The translations under genes were made by a program, and so were the position numbers. The notes under the pieces are model-generated. The model was not told where the DNA came from. It saw nothing but the letters and a program-made list of their open reading frames with translations, and searched no databases. Shown piece after piece: positions 27,845 to 37,841 of a DNA stretch of 64,000 bases. Positions within the stretch are counted from its first letter, which is position 1. Each line of letters starts with the position of its first letter. The stretch covers positions 34,445 to 98,444 of the forward strand of contig CAWBLT010000015.1 of NCBI GenBank assembly GCA_963789665.1. The letters run 5' to 3'. Origin of the DNA: an uncultured Acidobacteriota bacterium. Lineage in GTDB: Bacteria; Acidobacteriota; Terriglobia; Acidiferrales; UBA7541.

Positions 27845-29386
27845 ATGACTCGAAAAATCCTCGCGCTCGTTGGCAGCGCGGCATTCCTGTTGATGACTGC
27901 GCGCCCGGCGATCTCGTCTCCGGGTGCTTCGGAGCATGCTCCCGGGACGGACGACGACGCCACCTCGAAAGCTCTGGTCGCCATCGCCGGCGCCGGTGAC
28001 ATGCAGGCGCATGCCTACCAGGATCTCGAAGAATTGAGCGACGACATCGGCGCGCGCGTCACCGGCTCGCCCGACGCAGCTCGCGCCATCGCCTGGGGCG
28101 TCGTGAAAATGAAAGCCATCGGCCTGGAGAACGTCCATACCGAACCCTGGAAAATTTCGCATGGCTGGACGCGCATTTCCGCGGACGCCGAGCTGGTGGC
28201 GCCGATTCATCGCAGACTAATGGTCGATTCGCTCGGTTGGGTCGGCTCCACCCCGCCCGGAGGCGCCGAAGCGGACGTGGTTGCCGTAAACGCCTACCAG
28301 CTTCAAGACGAGCTGAAGAATAATTCGGGCAACTGGCGGGGGAAAATTCTGCTGATCGTGCAAAAAGGCGAAGCGCCGAAGGACCGGATGGGCGCGTTCG
28401 TCCAATTCGGCGGTTTTCTGATCGCCGCTCATAAAGCCGGCGCCATCGCCGTCATCGGCGGCCAGGGCGGCCGCAAGAGCACTGGCATGCACCTTACGCA
28501 CACCGGCGCGCTGGGCTTCGACGCTTACTACGACATTCCCGTCGTCAGCATGGCCGCTGAGGATCAGGAACAGCTCGAACGCTACCTCGATCGTGGCCAG
28601 TTTGTGCGCCTGAAAATGAATGTGCAGAATCGCGTCACCGACGGTCCTGTGGATTCCGCGAATGTCGTCGGCGAAATTCGCGGCACGCAAAATCCCGAGC
28701 AGGTAATTGTTGTCGGCGGGCACTTGGACTCCTGGGATCTCGCTTCCGGCACCACGGACAATGGCTGCGGAACTGCCGTGACGCTCGGCGCCGCCGAAGC
28801 CATCGTCAAATCGGGATTCAAGCCCCGCCGCACCATCCGCTTCGTCCTGTTCACCGGCGAAGAAGAAGGTTTGCTCGGCTCGCTCGCCTATGTGAAGGCG
28901 CATCAGAGTGAAATGCCCAATTACGTCGCGGCGCTGATTCTCGATTCTGGGCAAGGTCCGGTGATTGGCTTCCAGCTCGGCGGGCGTAACGACCTGATTC
29001 CCGCCGTGCAGAAATTCGCGGCTTCGCTGCAGGCGTTTGGCGATATCCAAGTGGACGATGAAGTGGAATTCGGCACTGACACCGGTCCCTTCACTCTCGC
29101 GGGGCTTCCCGGTATCAACCTCAATCAGGATTCTGCGGATTACAAATACACGCACCATTCCGCTGTGGACACTTTCGATAAAGTGAAGGCGGATGTGCTG
29201 GATCGCAATGCCACGGTGATGGCTCTCGCCGCGTTCTGGATCGCCGACCGCCCCGAGCGCCTCGCCAGTCCCTGGCCGCAGGAGAAAACCGCCCAAATGC
29301 TAGTGGAGAAGCACGAGGACGGCATCCTGAAAGCGTTCAACATCTGGCCCTTCGGCAATCTGGGAACGCCGCCCGCGACTCAATAG
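27845..29386 (+). CDS. M28-family metallo-aminopeptidase (secreted)
   Basis: ATG 27845 lies 7 nt after AGGAG (27833-27837). Signal peptide MTRKILALVGSAAFLLMTARPAISS. M28 metal-site region VVGGHLDSWDLASGTTDNGCGTAV and FTGEEEGLLGS. Confidence 0.9.
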   Translation: MTRKILALVGSAAFLLMTARPAISSPGASEHAPGTDDDATSKALVAIAGAGDMQAHAYQDLEELSDDIGARVTGSPDAARAIAWGVVKMKAIGLENVHTEPWKISHGWTRISADAELVAPIHRRLMVDSLGWVGSTPPGGAEADVVAVNAYQLQDELKNNSGNWRGKILLIVQKGEAPKDRMGAFVQFGGFLIAAHKAGAIAVIGGQGGRKSTGMHLTHTGALGFDAYYDIPVVSMAAEDQEQLERYLDRGQFVRLKMNVQNRVTDGPVDSANVVGEIRGTQNPEQVIVVGGHLDSWDLASGTTDNGCGTAVTLGAAEAIVKSGFKPRRTIRFVLFTGEEEGLLGSLAYVKAHQSEMPNYVAALILDSGQGPVIGFQLGGRNDLIPAVQKFAASLQAFGDIQVDDEVEFGTDTGPFTLAGLPGINLNQDSADYKYTHHSAVDTFDKVKADVLDRNATVMALAAFWIADRPERLASPWPQEKTAQMLVEKHEDGILKAFNIWPFGNLGTPPATQ

Positions 29387-29419
29387 ATCGGTCCGCGAAC
29401 TGCATTTTTCATCGGGGTA

Positions 29420-29496
29420 GGGGCGCTGCTTGTGAATCGCCCTGCAGGGCGATTCATCCTGAGAACCGGCAGCGCCGGTTCGAAGGGCTGCGCCCC
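29420..29496. repeat. nested palindromes / three-way hairpin element between convergent genes
   Basis: An outer 7-bp stem GGGGCGC (29420-26) / GCGCCCC (29490-96) encloses a perfect 24-bp palindrome TGAATCGCCCTG|CAGGGCGATTCA (29433-29456) and the hairpin GAACCGGC-agc-GCCGGTTC (29463-29481). Confidence 0.6.
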
Positions 29497-29573
29497 AGCT
29501 TGCCTAGGCGTACAAACTTCCGAGGACCGCAGGAGGGCCGCGCCGCTTTCACCAAAACAATCGCAGCGCCGAC

Positions 29574-30305
29574 CTAACTAATCAACCGCGCGATCATAAA
29601 CGCAGCAGCCGCAGCCAAACCGCCCACCACAACCGTCTGCATCCCGCCGCGCACCGGCTGCACGCCGGTGAAATGCCCTTTGACTGCGCCAAATCCGAAA
29701 AGCGCGAGAAGCGTCACGACCACGGAATAGATCAGCGCCAAGTTCACGTCCTGACGGATGAGAATATACGGTGCCAGCGGCACGAACCCTCCGGCAATGT
29801 ACGCCGCGGCAATTGTTACGGCGCTGCGAGCCGCTCTCGCAGGGTCCGGCGGTTCCAAGCCCAATTCAAACCGCATCATGAAATCCACCCACTTTTTCTG
29901 GTTCGCCGTGATCGTCGAAACGATCGGCGCCATTTGCTCTTCCGTCAGCCCGTAATCGCGAAAAACTTTCGCCACTTCTTCCGTTTCAATTTCCGGCAGC
30001 TCCACCGTCTCGCGATATTCCCGGTCCAGTTCAGACGCGTAATGTTCCGTATCCGTTTTCGCGGCCAGGTACCCGCCCAATCCCATGGCGATCGAACCAG
30101 CGGCGATTTCAGCCAGTCCCGCCGTCACCACGATGTGCGTGGAGTTGGTGGAGGCAACGACTCCGGTAATTCCGGCGGCGAGCGCAAATGGAACCGTCAG
30201 CCCATCTGCCATTCCGATAACGATGTCGCGCACCGCGGCAGTCGCGGTGAAATGTTTTTCCACGTGTTCGACGGATGGCATCCTCGACTCCCTTTCCTCA
30301 TCCAA
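29574..30305 (-). CDS. VIT1/CCC1-family iron/manganese transporter
   Basis: 243 aa. VIT-family pattern [18 protein letters not shown], an acidic cytoplasmic helix region ([19 protein letters not shown]) and a C-terminal TM bundle. Confidence 0.88.
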   Translation of the reverse strand: MDEERESRMPSVEHVEKHFTATAAVRDIVIGMADGLTVPFALAAGITGVVASTNSTHIVVTAGLAEIAAGSIAMGLGGYLAAKTDTEHYASELDREYRETVELPEIETEEVAKVFRDYGLTEEQMAPIVSTITANQKKWVDFMMRFELGLEPPDPARAARSAVTIAAAYIAGGFVPLAPYILIRQDVNLALIYSVVVTLLALFGFGAVKGHFTGVQPVRGGMQTVVVGGLAAAAAFMIARLIS

Positions 30306-30345
30306 TAATTCTACCTGCCCGTACCCCTGTTCCCCGGCAGGCGCG

Positions 30346-30351
30346 TATAAT
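30346..30351 (+). promoter_or_regulatory. candidate -10 box for the SOD gene
   Basis: A perfect TATAAT lies 35 nt upstream of ATG 30386. There is no good -35. It is embedded between mutually exclusive helices: CCTGCC (30316-21) / GGCAGG (30337-42), versus CTGCCC (30317-22) / GGGCAG (30354-59). Confidence 0.3.
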
Positions 30352-30385
30352 TATGGGGCAGGAACCGCAAATCAGGAGGTACATT

Positions 30386-31036
30386 ATGACCGCAACTTCT
30401 ACAGGACAAGGAGCAGCTCCGCAGATGACTTTTACATTGCCGCCTTTGCCGTATGCTTTCGACGCCTTGGAACCCCACATTGACGCGAAAACCATGGAAA
30501 TCCACCACGACAAACATCACGGCGCCTACGTCACCAATCTAAATAAAGCGCTCGATGGCCACGCCGACCTGCAAAAACTTTCCATCGAAGAACTGCTGGC
30601 GCAAATCAATAAAGTGCCGGAAGCGATTCGCACCGCCGTGCGCAACAATGGCGGCGGCCACATGAACCATTCCATGTTTTGGAAGATCATGAAGAAGGGC
30701 GGAGGCGGCGAACCCGGCGGCGAACTGGGCAAAGCCATCAGCGCCGCATTCGGCAGCTTCGCGGACTTCAAAGCGAAGATTAATGACGCGGGTGTGAAGC
30801 GCTTCGGCTCCGGCTGGGCCTGGCTTCTCTTCCGCGACGGAAAACTGGCGATCGAATCCTCCGCGAACCAGGACAATCCCATCATGGACGGCGGCAAGGC
30901 CTTCTTCGGTGTGGACGTCTGGGAACACGCTTACTACTTGAAGTATCAGAACCGCCGCCCCGATTACCTCGAGGCCTGGTGGAACACCATCAACTGGGCG
31001 CAAGTGGAAGAAAATTTCGCCCACGCCAAGAAGTAA
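30386..31036 (+). CDS. Fe/Mn superoxide dismutase
   Basis: The start is reassigned to ATG 30386, 6 nt after AGGAGG 30374-79. Motifs [28 protein letters not shown] and [18 protein letters not shown]. Confidence 0.95.
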   Translation: MTATSTGQGAAPQMTFTLPPLPYAFDALEPHIDAKTMEIHHDKHHGAYVTNLNKALDGHADLQKLSIEELLAQINKVPEAIRTAVRNNGGGHMNHSMFWKIMKKGGGGEPGGELGKAISAAFGSFADFKAKINDAGVKRFGSGWAWLLFRDGKLAIESSANQDNPIMDGGKAFFGVDVWEHAYYLKYQNRRPDYLEAWWNTINWAQVEENFAHAKK

Positions 31037-31063
31037 GTTCCGTTCTCAAGCGCATTTCAAAAA

Positions 31064-31092
31064 GCAGGGGCGGGTCGCTCATCCGCCCCTGC
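31064..31092. terminator. bidirectional rho-independent terminator
   Basis: Perfect 10-bp stem GCAGGGGCGG / CCGCCCCTGC with a 9-nt loop. It is flanked by CAAAAA upstream and AAATTTTG downstream, between the convergent SOD and permease genes. Confidence 0.7.
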
Positions 31093-31109
31093 AAATTTTG
31101 CCGGCTTTG

Positions 31110-32402
31110 TTAAGTCCCCGGCAACAACCAATGCTCCATTGCCAGGATCGCAATCGCCGCCAGCGTCGTAATCAACGTCACGATTAATCCCACGCGCGCG
31201 AACTCCCAGAACGTGATCTTCACTTTCTTGGCCGCCTGCTGCAACACAATCAAATTCGCCACGGAACTGAAGGGCGTGGCATTCCCGGCCAGCGTGCTGG
31301 TACTGGCCACCGCCAGCCAGATGTAATGCGTGTTTGGAAACGAAGGCACCAACGGGCGGAACAGCAGCACCGCCGGCAAGTTGCTCACCAGGTTTGAAAG
31401 AATCAGCATCACGCCGCTCACCGCGAATAATTGCGATGTCATTCCGCCCTGCAGCCCGGCCTGAAAATATCCGATCAGGTGTTCCAGCGCGCCTGAAGCC
31501 TCGAATCCCTTGATCACCACAAACAGCGACCCGAAAAACAGCAGCAGCTCCCAATCCAGCCGCTGATAAATGTTTTGCGCCTTCACCCTCCCGATGATCA
31601 GGATAAATGCGCCCACCGAAATGGCCACCAGCGGAAACGAGTAACCCAGAATCCACAGCACGATCACCAGCGCCGCGGCGACACAGCATTTGATCAGCAG
31701 GCCGCGTTCCAATTTCACCGGTAGCGATGGCGGATGCTGTTTCAGCGGGTGCCGGAAAATCTCGCGGTGAAAAAAAAGCGCCAGCACCACCACGTTGATC
31801 GCCATTCCCACGAACGCAACGGGCGCCAGGTGCGCCAAAAATCCCAGAAACGAAAAATGCGCTGAAACCCCAATCACCGCATTTTGTGGATTTCCTGTGA
31901 CGGACATCACCGACCCGATATTCGCGGACGTGGCCACTGCGATCACATACGGAATCGGCGGAACTTCCAGCCTTTGCGTCACGACCAACACGATCGGAGT
32001 GAAGATCAGGCAAATCGTGTCGTTCACGAAAAACGCCGCCAGAACGCCCGTCGCGAACACCAACAGCACCAGCAACTGAAAGCGCGTGCGCGCAATCCCC
32101 GCCACGTGCACCGCGATCCAATCGAAAAATCCGGAAATCTGAAAATGCGCCACGAGGATCATGATGCCCAGCAGGAAGATCAGCGTGTCCCAGTTGATCG
32201 TCTGATACGCCACGGCCAGCGGCACCGCGCCCACCAGCACCATCGCCACAGCGCCGCAAAATGCCGCAGCGGTACGGTCCAGATGGCTCCCGCGTCCGCT
32301 CTCCACTGCGATCAAAATGTACGTAGCCAGAAAAATTGCCGCGGGGATCCAGTGGCTTTGCGCGAGTGTGGCGGTCACGTGATTCATGTTCAGAAAGCTC
32401 AA
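31110..32402 (-). CDS. ArsB/NhaD-superfamily (CitMHS/YbiR-like) anion permease
   Basis: 430 aa and polytopic. It has the family-typical segment ATSANIGSVMSVTGNPQNAVIG and an internal duplication of TM bundles. The substrate cannot be inferred. Confidence 0.78.
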   Translation of the reverse strand: MSFLNMNHVTATLAQSHWIPAAIFLATYILIAVESGRGSHLDRTAAAFCGAVAMVLVGAVPLAVAYQTINWDTLIFLLGIMILVAHFQISGFFDWIAVHVAGIARTRFQLLVLLVFATGVLAAFFVNDTICLIFTPIVLVVTQRLEVPPIPYVIAVATSANIGSVMSVTGNPQNAVIGVSAHFSFLGFLAHLAPVAFVGMAINVVVLALFFHREIFRHPLKQHPPSLPVKLERGLLIKCCVAAALVIVLWILGYSFPLVAISVGAFILIIGRVKAQNIYQRLDWELLLFFGSLFVVIKGFEASGALEHLIGYFQAGLQGGMTSQLFAVSGVMLILSNLVSNLPAVLLFRPLVPSFPNTHYIWLAVASTSTLAGNATPFSSVANLIVLQQAAKKVKITFWEFARVGLIVTLITTLAAIAILAMEHWLLPGT

Positions 32403-32515
32403 TCCTCGGGCTCGAAGGAGGTGAGCTTAACGTGCCTCTACCGCTGCTGAAAAGTGATAGTTTGCTTTCTACAGTGTTTTTCTGCGGCCGCTAAGGGAAA
32501 TACCGCACGCCGGCG

Positions 32516-33811
32516 CTATTCCGAACCAAGAAATGCAAACCGCAGCAGGAAAATCGCCGACAGCACCCAGATCAGCGGGCTGATGTCCCGGTATTTTCCC
32601 GCGCCGATCTTCAGGCAGGTGAACGAAAGCAGGCCCAGGCTCAGTCCTGTGGCGATGCTGAACGTCAGCGGCGTCGCCACGAGCGTGAGGAACGCGGGAA
32701 ACGCCTCGCTGAAATCATCCCAGCGAACTTTGGCAATCGAGCCGCACATCAGCGCGCCCACCAGTATCAGCGCCGGCGCCGTTGCATAGGTGGGAATCGC
32801 GGCCACCAGCGGCGCGCAGAACATCGCCACAAAAAAAAGTCCGGCGATCACCAGATTTCCCAGCCCCGTTCGCGCGCCCGCCGCCACGCCCGCGGCGCTT
32901 TCGATGTAGCTCGTCACTGTGGACGTCCCGGTCAGCGCGCCCACGATTGTTCCGAACGCGTCCGCCAGCAAAGCGCGGCTGGCGCGCGGCAATTTCCCGT
33001 CGCGCAGAAATCCGCCCTGCTCGCACACGCCCACCAAAGTACCGACGTTGTCGAACAAATCCACGAAGAAAAATACGAAGATCAATTCACCCAGCCCCAG
33101 CCGTGTGGCCGAGCGCAAATCCAGTTTCAAGAATGTGCCGGCCGGATGAGGCCACGAAAACAATTGCCCGGGCCAATGAGCCAGCCCTAGCGGAATCCCT
33201 GCCAACGCGATGGCCACAATACCCAGCAGAATCGCGCTGCCCACTTTCCGGATCATCAAAATCGCGATCAGGATCAGTCCAGCCGCCGCCAGCAACACTT
33301 GCGGGTCGTTGGTTTTTCCAAACGCCACAAACGTCGCCGGATTCGCCACGATAATCTTCGCGTTCCGCAATCCCACAAACGCGATGAACAATCCAATCCC
33401 CGCCGCCGTTCCGTGTTTCAGGCAATCCGGGATCCCGTTCACGATGTGCTCGCGCACATTCGTCAGCGTCAGCAGCAGGAACAGAAGCCCGGACAAGAAC
33501 ACCACGCCCAGCGCCGTCTGCCACGGCACTCCGCGCCCGATCACAATCGAGTACGTGAAGTACGCGTTCAACGACATGCCCGGCGCCAGCGCGATGGGAT
33601 AATTCGCCCACAGCCCCATCACTAGCGTGGCCAGCGCCGCCGAAATGCACGTGGCAAACAGCACGCCTTCCACCGGCATGCCGCCCTCCGCCAGAATGCG
33701 CGGATTCACCACGACCACGTACGCCATGGTCATGAACGTCGTCAATCCAGCCAGCAGTTCGCGCCGTACCGTGGTTTTGTTTTCGGCGAGGTGAAATACG
33801 CGCTCGAACAA
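32516..33811 (-). CDS. NCS2/AzgA-family purine (adenine/guanine/hypoxanthine) permease
   Basis: 431 aa. N-terminus FERVFHLAENKTTVRRELLAGLTTFMTMAYVVVVNPRIL is typical of AzgA/PurP-type permeases. TTG start with GGGAG 7 nt upstream. Confidence 0.9.
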   Translation of the reverse strand: MFERVFHLAENKTTVRRELLAGLTTFMTMAYVVVVNPRILAEGGMPVEGVLFATCISAALATLVMGLWANYPIALAPGMSLNAYFTYSIVIGRGVPWQTALGVVFLSGLLFLLLTLTNVREHIVNGIPDCLKHGTAAGIGLFIAFVGLRNAKIIVANPATFVAFGKTNDPQVLLAAAGLILIAILMIRKVGSAILLGIVAIALAGIPLGLAHWPGQLFSWPHPAGTFLKLDLRSATRLGLGELIFVFFFVDLFDNVGTLVGVCEQGGFLRDGKLPRASRALLADAFGTIVGALTGTSTVTSYIESAAGVAAGARTGLGNLVIAGLFFVAMFCAPLVAAIPTYATAPALILVGALMCGSIAKVRWDDFSEAFPAFLTLVATPLTFSIATGLSLGLLSFTCLKIGAGKYRDISPLIWVLSAIFLLRFAFLGSE

Positions 33812-33975
33812 AATGCTTCTCCCAGCCTAAAAGTGCGCAACTATAGGCCGCAGGCCATCCGCCGTCAATGCCATAACGTATATCGGACGAATTCAGAATC
33901 CAGTGGTACCGCCCCTGCGAAATTGTTGCCCAAAAAAAGGAATCGGGAAATCATTGCGACCGTGCGGGCAAGCAA

Positions 33976-35128
33976 CTACCGGCTCATGGACATCACGAAA
34001 AACTTCATGAATTTCTCCGCGTCCACTTCCGTATGCACCGACGCCGGATGTAAAGCCGCAGGCGGCGTCAAATGCCCCAGCCATTTTTCGCGATCCACGG
34101 GCCGCGGACCACTGTAGGGCAAAAAGAATGTCGGCAAGCCTTCCGGTTTCTTCCACACCACGGTGTGGCCGTACTTGGGCCCATGCTCAATATCCACATC
34201 CAGAGTACATCGTCTCCGATTTCTTGATCACCGTCGGATCAATCAACGACGCCACCAGCAATTCATCCCACATCATGGACCACATGGATGTCCCCGCGGG
34301 CGGCTGCGCGTCCAGATACACTTGCTTCACGTGCGCGGCCAGCGGTCCGCCCGCCTTCACGATCTGTTGCATCAACGCGGCGCTGGACCACACTTGCTCT
34401 CCCGCTTCGAACGGGCTGACGACAATTTCTTTCCACGGCTCGTGCAGCACGATGGACGCAGCCTCCGGATCCCACCACCAATTCAATTCCGAACCTCCCT
34501 GCGAACTTCCGCCCATGATGTAAATCGCTTTCGCCAGCGGCACAATCGTCGGGTCCATGCGCACAGCTAGCGCCACGTTCGTCAGCGGTCCGGCGCAATA
34601 TAAGACAACTTCCCCGGGGTTCGCATGAATCGTCTCAATGATGAAATCCGCTGCGCGCCCGGGTCTGGCTTTCACCTTCGGAAATCCTCCCGGCGGCGCC
34701 CACGTTTCGCTCGGCTTCGGAGCATCGGGATTGAACGACCCGTGCCATCCCACGATCGAACCATAAAGAGCTTCGCGCAACTCCACTTCGTGTTTCGAGT
34801 TCACCAAAGGATTCTCCGCTCCCTTGATGACCGGTACGTCTGTCCGCCCGGTTAGCTCCGTCGCCCACAACGCAAAAACCGTGGCAGGTTCTACCCACTG
34901 ATCGCCGCTCACCGTGGTGATTCCCAGCAGATTGATTTCCGGCGCGCGCAGCAGCATCAGCAGCGACAGTAAATTCGTGCCCTGCGGCCCGGCGCTATCC
35001 TGGTCTGCGATAACTTTTACCTTTTGAGCTTGTATCTTCTGCAACTGTGCCGAAGACATTGGGCAAAGCGACAGCGAAAGCGCGAGTAACGCGCAAACTG
35101 TGAGCGCAGCGCCGATTCTTGTTTTCAT
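33976..35128 (-). pseudogene. exported inosine-uridine-type nucleoside hydrolase, frameshifted near 34202-34205 (pseudogene or sequence error)
   Basis: ORF 34187-35128 has a signal peptide MKTRIGAALTVCALLALSLSLCPMSSAQ and the segment VIADQDSAGPQG. It ends ...KKSETMYSGCGY*. The overlapping ORF 33976-34197 continues the family C-terminus as LDVDIEHGPKYGHTVVW... Removing one base from TACTCTGG restores ...ETMYLDVDIEHG... Confidence 0.75.
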
Positions 35129-35164
35129 GGATTCAATTTCTCCTGACCGCGCCGGAATACCGCA

Positions 35165-36232
35165 TTAATGTGGGATCGTTGCTTCGCGTTCGCGCCAATG
35201 CTCCACCAGATCGCGCACCACTTTGTCGCCCACCACCTGCGCCGCCTCCAGTGATTGCAGGTACGCGGAATAATTTCCGGAAACCATTTCCTGCAAACTC
35301 TCCGCTGCGGAAACGCCCGGAGGCTCGCAATCAAAATTGCTCACCGTGCGCAATACCAGTACGCGCTGCAAATCCACGCGCCCCGCCTGGCTCAAAAATG
35401 TCAGCGCCTGCATCGTGCCGGTATCTTCCATGCCCGCGGTCATGAAATTTCCCTTGCCGCCGGTGTAATAGCGCGTCCAGGCGTTCGCCCATTCATCGAA
35501 CTTTGAGCCATGCCAGAAGGTGCTGGCCGAAAGCGTATCGCCTCGGGTGACGAACGGCGGCTTCAGCGCATTCGGAAATCCCGCGAAGCGCGCGCGCGCT
35601 TTGCGCAACTGATCCGAATCCGCCAGCGGCACATCCTGCGTCAAACGCAACGCCCAATCCACCAGCGATTCATTCAACGTGTACACTTCGCCGTAATCAA
35701 TGCGTGGTGGCTGTTCGTACGGCGTTCCCCTGCGCAACGGCAGGTAACCGGTCGGCCAGCTCTCGGGAATCTGTCGCGCGTCAATTTCAAACGCCAGGTC
35801 GCCGTCAACCACATGATCTGCCCATACCGCCGAGCCGAGCGACACATCCGCGGGATCGCCGCCGCCAATCCCCGCGACAATCCAATACGCCTTCGACAAA
35901 TCAAAGCGCGGATCCAGACCGAGCGCCATCACCGACGCCGCGGCCTTCGCCGTTCCCACACCGGTCAACAAGCCCAGCACGCCATCCTGATTCAAGCGCA
36001 CGTGGTGATACCCGCTCGGCAGCGGAAGTATTTGATCCAGATGTTCGCGCTCCACCCACAATTGATACTCGCCGGGAACGTCGCCGGTATCCTCGCCGCG
36101 TTCAAACATGGTGACCACCACGACTTTGATTCGGATGGGCTCGCCAGGCGCCCTGTTCTGTGCCTGCGAAAATCCTGCGCAGAAAACGAGCAGCAGAAAC
36201 ACAACCACAAAACGCAGCGCATCCTTCAGCAT
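35165..36232 (-). CDS. NUP-family ('purine nucleoside permease') exported protein
   Basis: The start is set at ATG 36232 (MLKDALRFVVVFLLLVFCAGFSQAQ, signal-peptide-like). The body (KVVVVTMFERGEDTGDVPGEYQLWVERE...) resembles the NUP family as I remember it. It lies 36 bp upstream of the hydrolase gene. Confidence 0.6.
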   Translation of the reverse strand: MLKDALRFVVVFLLLVFCAGFSQAQNRAPGEPIRIKVVVVTMFERGEDTGDVPGEYQLWVEREHLDQILPLPSGYHHVRLNQDGVLGLLTGVGTAKAAASVMALGLDPRFDLSKAYWIVAGIGGGDPADVSLGSAVWADHVVDGDLAFEIDARQIPESWPTGYLPLRRGTPYEQPPRIDYGEVYTLNESLVDWALRLTQDVPLADSDQLRKARARFAGFPNALKPPFVTRGDTLSASTFWHGSKFDEWANAWTRYYTGGKGNFMTAGMEDTGTMQALTFLSQAGRVDLQRVLVLRTVSNFDCEPPGVSAAESLQEMVSGNYSAYLQSLEAAQVVGDKVVRDLVEHWREREATIPH

Positions 36233-36404
36233 GTGTTCCCCCACAAAACAGTTCGGCGAACTCCCCACGCATTTCAGCGAGAATGCGAATCTATATCACA
36301 GCGAACCGCGAACTCCCCACGACTTCGCACGCACCCATGGAAAAATAATTTGTCGCAGCCGCCGTATCTCTTGCGCCCTCGCCGATCAGCCTGTATGGTA
36401 CGCC

Positions 36405-37841
36405 ATGCACGCGCTCGCAAATCCTGGCGAAACGCAAAATCAGCGGCTCACCGCACTCGCGTCTCAGGACGATGCTGCAGCCGCCGCTTACGGCCTACGT
36501 CGCGGCGCTCTCTCCCCGCTCGAAACTCTGGCGCAATCCGTTTCGACGATCGCCCCAACCACGACTCCCGCCGCCACCATCCCCCTGGTTTGCGCGCTAG
36601 CCGGCAACGGCACGTGGCTCGCGTATCTGCTAGCCACAATCGCTGTATTGCTCGTCGCGCTATGCATCGCGCGCTTTGCAAAATATTCCGCCTCGCCCGG
36701 CTCGCTCTACACCTACGCATCCATGATCCTGCCGCCCTGGCTCGGCGCGACGGCCGCCTGGAGTTTGCTGCTCGCATACGTTGCGACAGGGTCAAGCGTC
36801 ATCGGGGGCTTCTATCATTTCGCCAATCTTCTGCTGCGCGACGCCACCGGCCACGAAATCTCCGCCGTGCTCTTGGTCCTCGCCGGTGCCGGCGCATGCG
36901 TCTGGATCGCCTGGCGCGACGTAAAAATCTCCGCGCGGATGATGCTGTGGATGGAAGCAGTCTCCGTCGCGGTCATCGTCATCGTGATTGCGCTGGTGCT
37001 CGTGCGCCACGGCATGCATCTGGACTGGGAACAGTTGAAATTGCGCGGCATGACCGGCAGCGGCCTGCGCCTCGGCCTGGTCCTGGCGCTTTTCAGCTTC
37101 GTCGGCTTTGAAAGCGCCACCACGCTGGGCGCCGAAGCGCGCAATCCGCTAAAAACAATTCCGCGCGCCGTGATTCAATCCGCCATCATCGGCGGAGCTT
37201 TCTTCATGCTCTGCGCCTACACCGAGGTTCTCGGCTTCCGCACCGCCGGCCAGGATTTAGGAACCAGTCCCGCGCCGATGCACGTAATCGCGGCCGTGGG
37301 CGGCGTTCCGCTGTTTGGATTGTTGATTGATATCGGCGCGCTGGTCAGCATGTTCGCGGGGACTCTCGCGTGCATCACGGCGGCCGCGCGCGTATTGCTA
37401 TTGATGGCGCACAACGGCCTCGCGCATGGCTCGCTGCGCACCACTCATGCGCGCAACGAAACTCCCAGCTACGCGGTCGTCGTTACCGGAATCGCCACGA
37501 TGTTGCCGGCAATTGTGCTGGCGGCGCGCGGCGCAAGCGGACTTGACGTTTACGGCTGGCTGGGCTCGCTCGCGACCTACGGCTTCATCGTGGCCTATGC
37601 GCTGGTGTGCATCGCGCTGCCCCGTTATTTACGCAACCACGGAGCCTACAGCTCCGGCGCACAAATTCTTTCCTGGCTCGCGGGCCTCGCCATGCTGCTC
37701 GCGCTGGTCGGCAATCTTTACCCTGTCCCCGAAGGCCCTTACGGCAAACTTCCCTACATTTATCTAGTGTATCTGGCCGCGGGACTGCTCTGGTTTGCGA
37801 TCAACAGCCGCGGAAAAAACGCGCCGCGGGAAAAAATCTAG
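36405..37841 (+). CDS. APC-superfamily amino acid/polyamine permease
   Basis: The supplied ORF 36108-37841 begins antisense to the NUP-like gene. The first ATG clear of that gene is 36405. The product is 478 aa and polytopic, with LSPLETLAQSVSTIAPTTTPAATIPLV typical of APC TM1. No clear SD. Confidence 0.82.
   Translation: MHALANPGETQNQRLTALASQDDAAAAAYGLRRGALSPLETLAQSVSTIAPTTTPAATIPLVCALAGNGTWLAYLLATIAVLLVALCIARFAKYSASPGSLYTYASMILPPWLGATAAWSLLLAYVATGSSVIGGFYHFANLLLRDATGHEISAVLLVLAGAGACVWIAWRDVKISARMMLWMEAVSVAVIVIVIALVLVRHGMHLDWEQLKLRGMTGSGLRLGLVLALFSFVGFESATTLGAEARNPLKTIPRAVIQSAIIGGAFFMLCAYTEVLGFRTAGQDLGTSPAPMHVIAAVGGVPLFGLLIDIGALVSMFAGTLACITAAARVLLLMAHNGLAHGSLRTTHARNETPSYAVVVTGIATMLPAIVLAARGASGLDVYGWLGSLATYGFIVAYALVCIALPRYLRNHGAYSSGAQILSWLAGLAMLLALVGNLYPVPEGPYGKLPYIYLVYLAAGLLWFAINSRGKNAPREKI

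Noticed and set aside
29420-29500. tRNA or tRNA remnant, suggested by the 7-bp outer stem, GGTTCGAA and a 3' GCGCCCCA.
   Set aside because: No 5-bp T stem can be formed around TTCGAA(G). The internal arms are a 24-bp palindrome and an 8-bp hairpin, not D and anticodon arms. There is no plausible anticodon loop.
30306-30385. yybP-ykoY (Mn) riboswitch upstream of the VIT-family transporter.
   Set aside because: Only 80 bp separate the divergent start codons, which is too short for the ~100+ nt four-helix aptamer. The conserved motifs are not visible.
33812-33975. Purine riboswitch in the leader of the AzgA-type purine permease.
   Set aside because: Reading the - strand, I could not find the conserved junction and loop elements (UAUAAU...GGAUAUGG...UUUCUACC...CCGUAAAU...GACUAUG) or a three-way junction of the right size. 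The interval is shorter than it first appears, because the hydrolase gene really extends to 33976.
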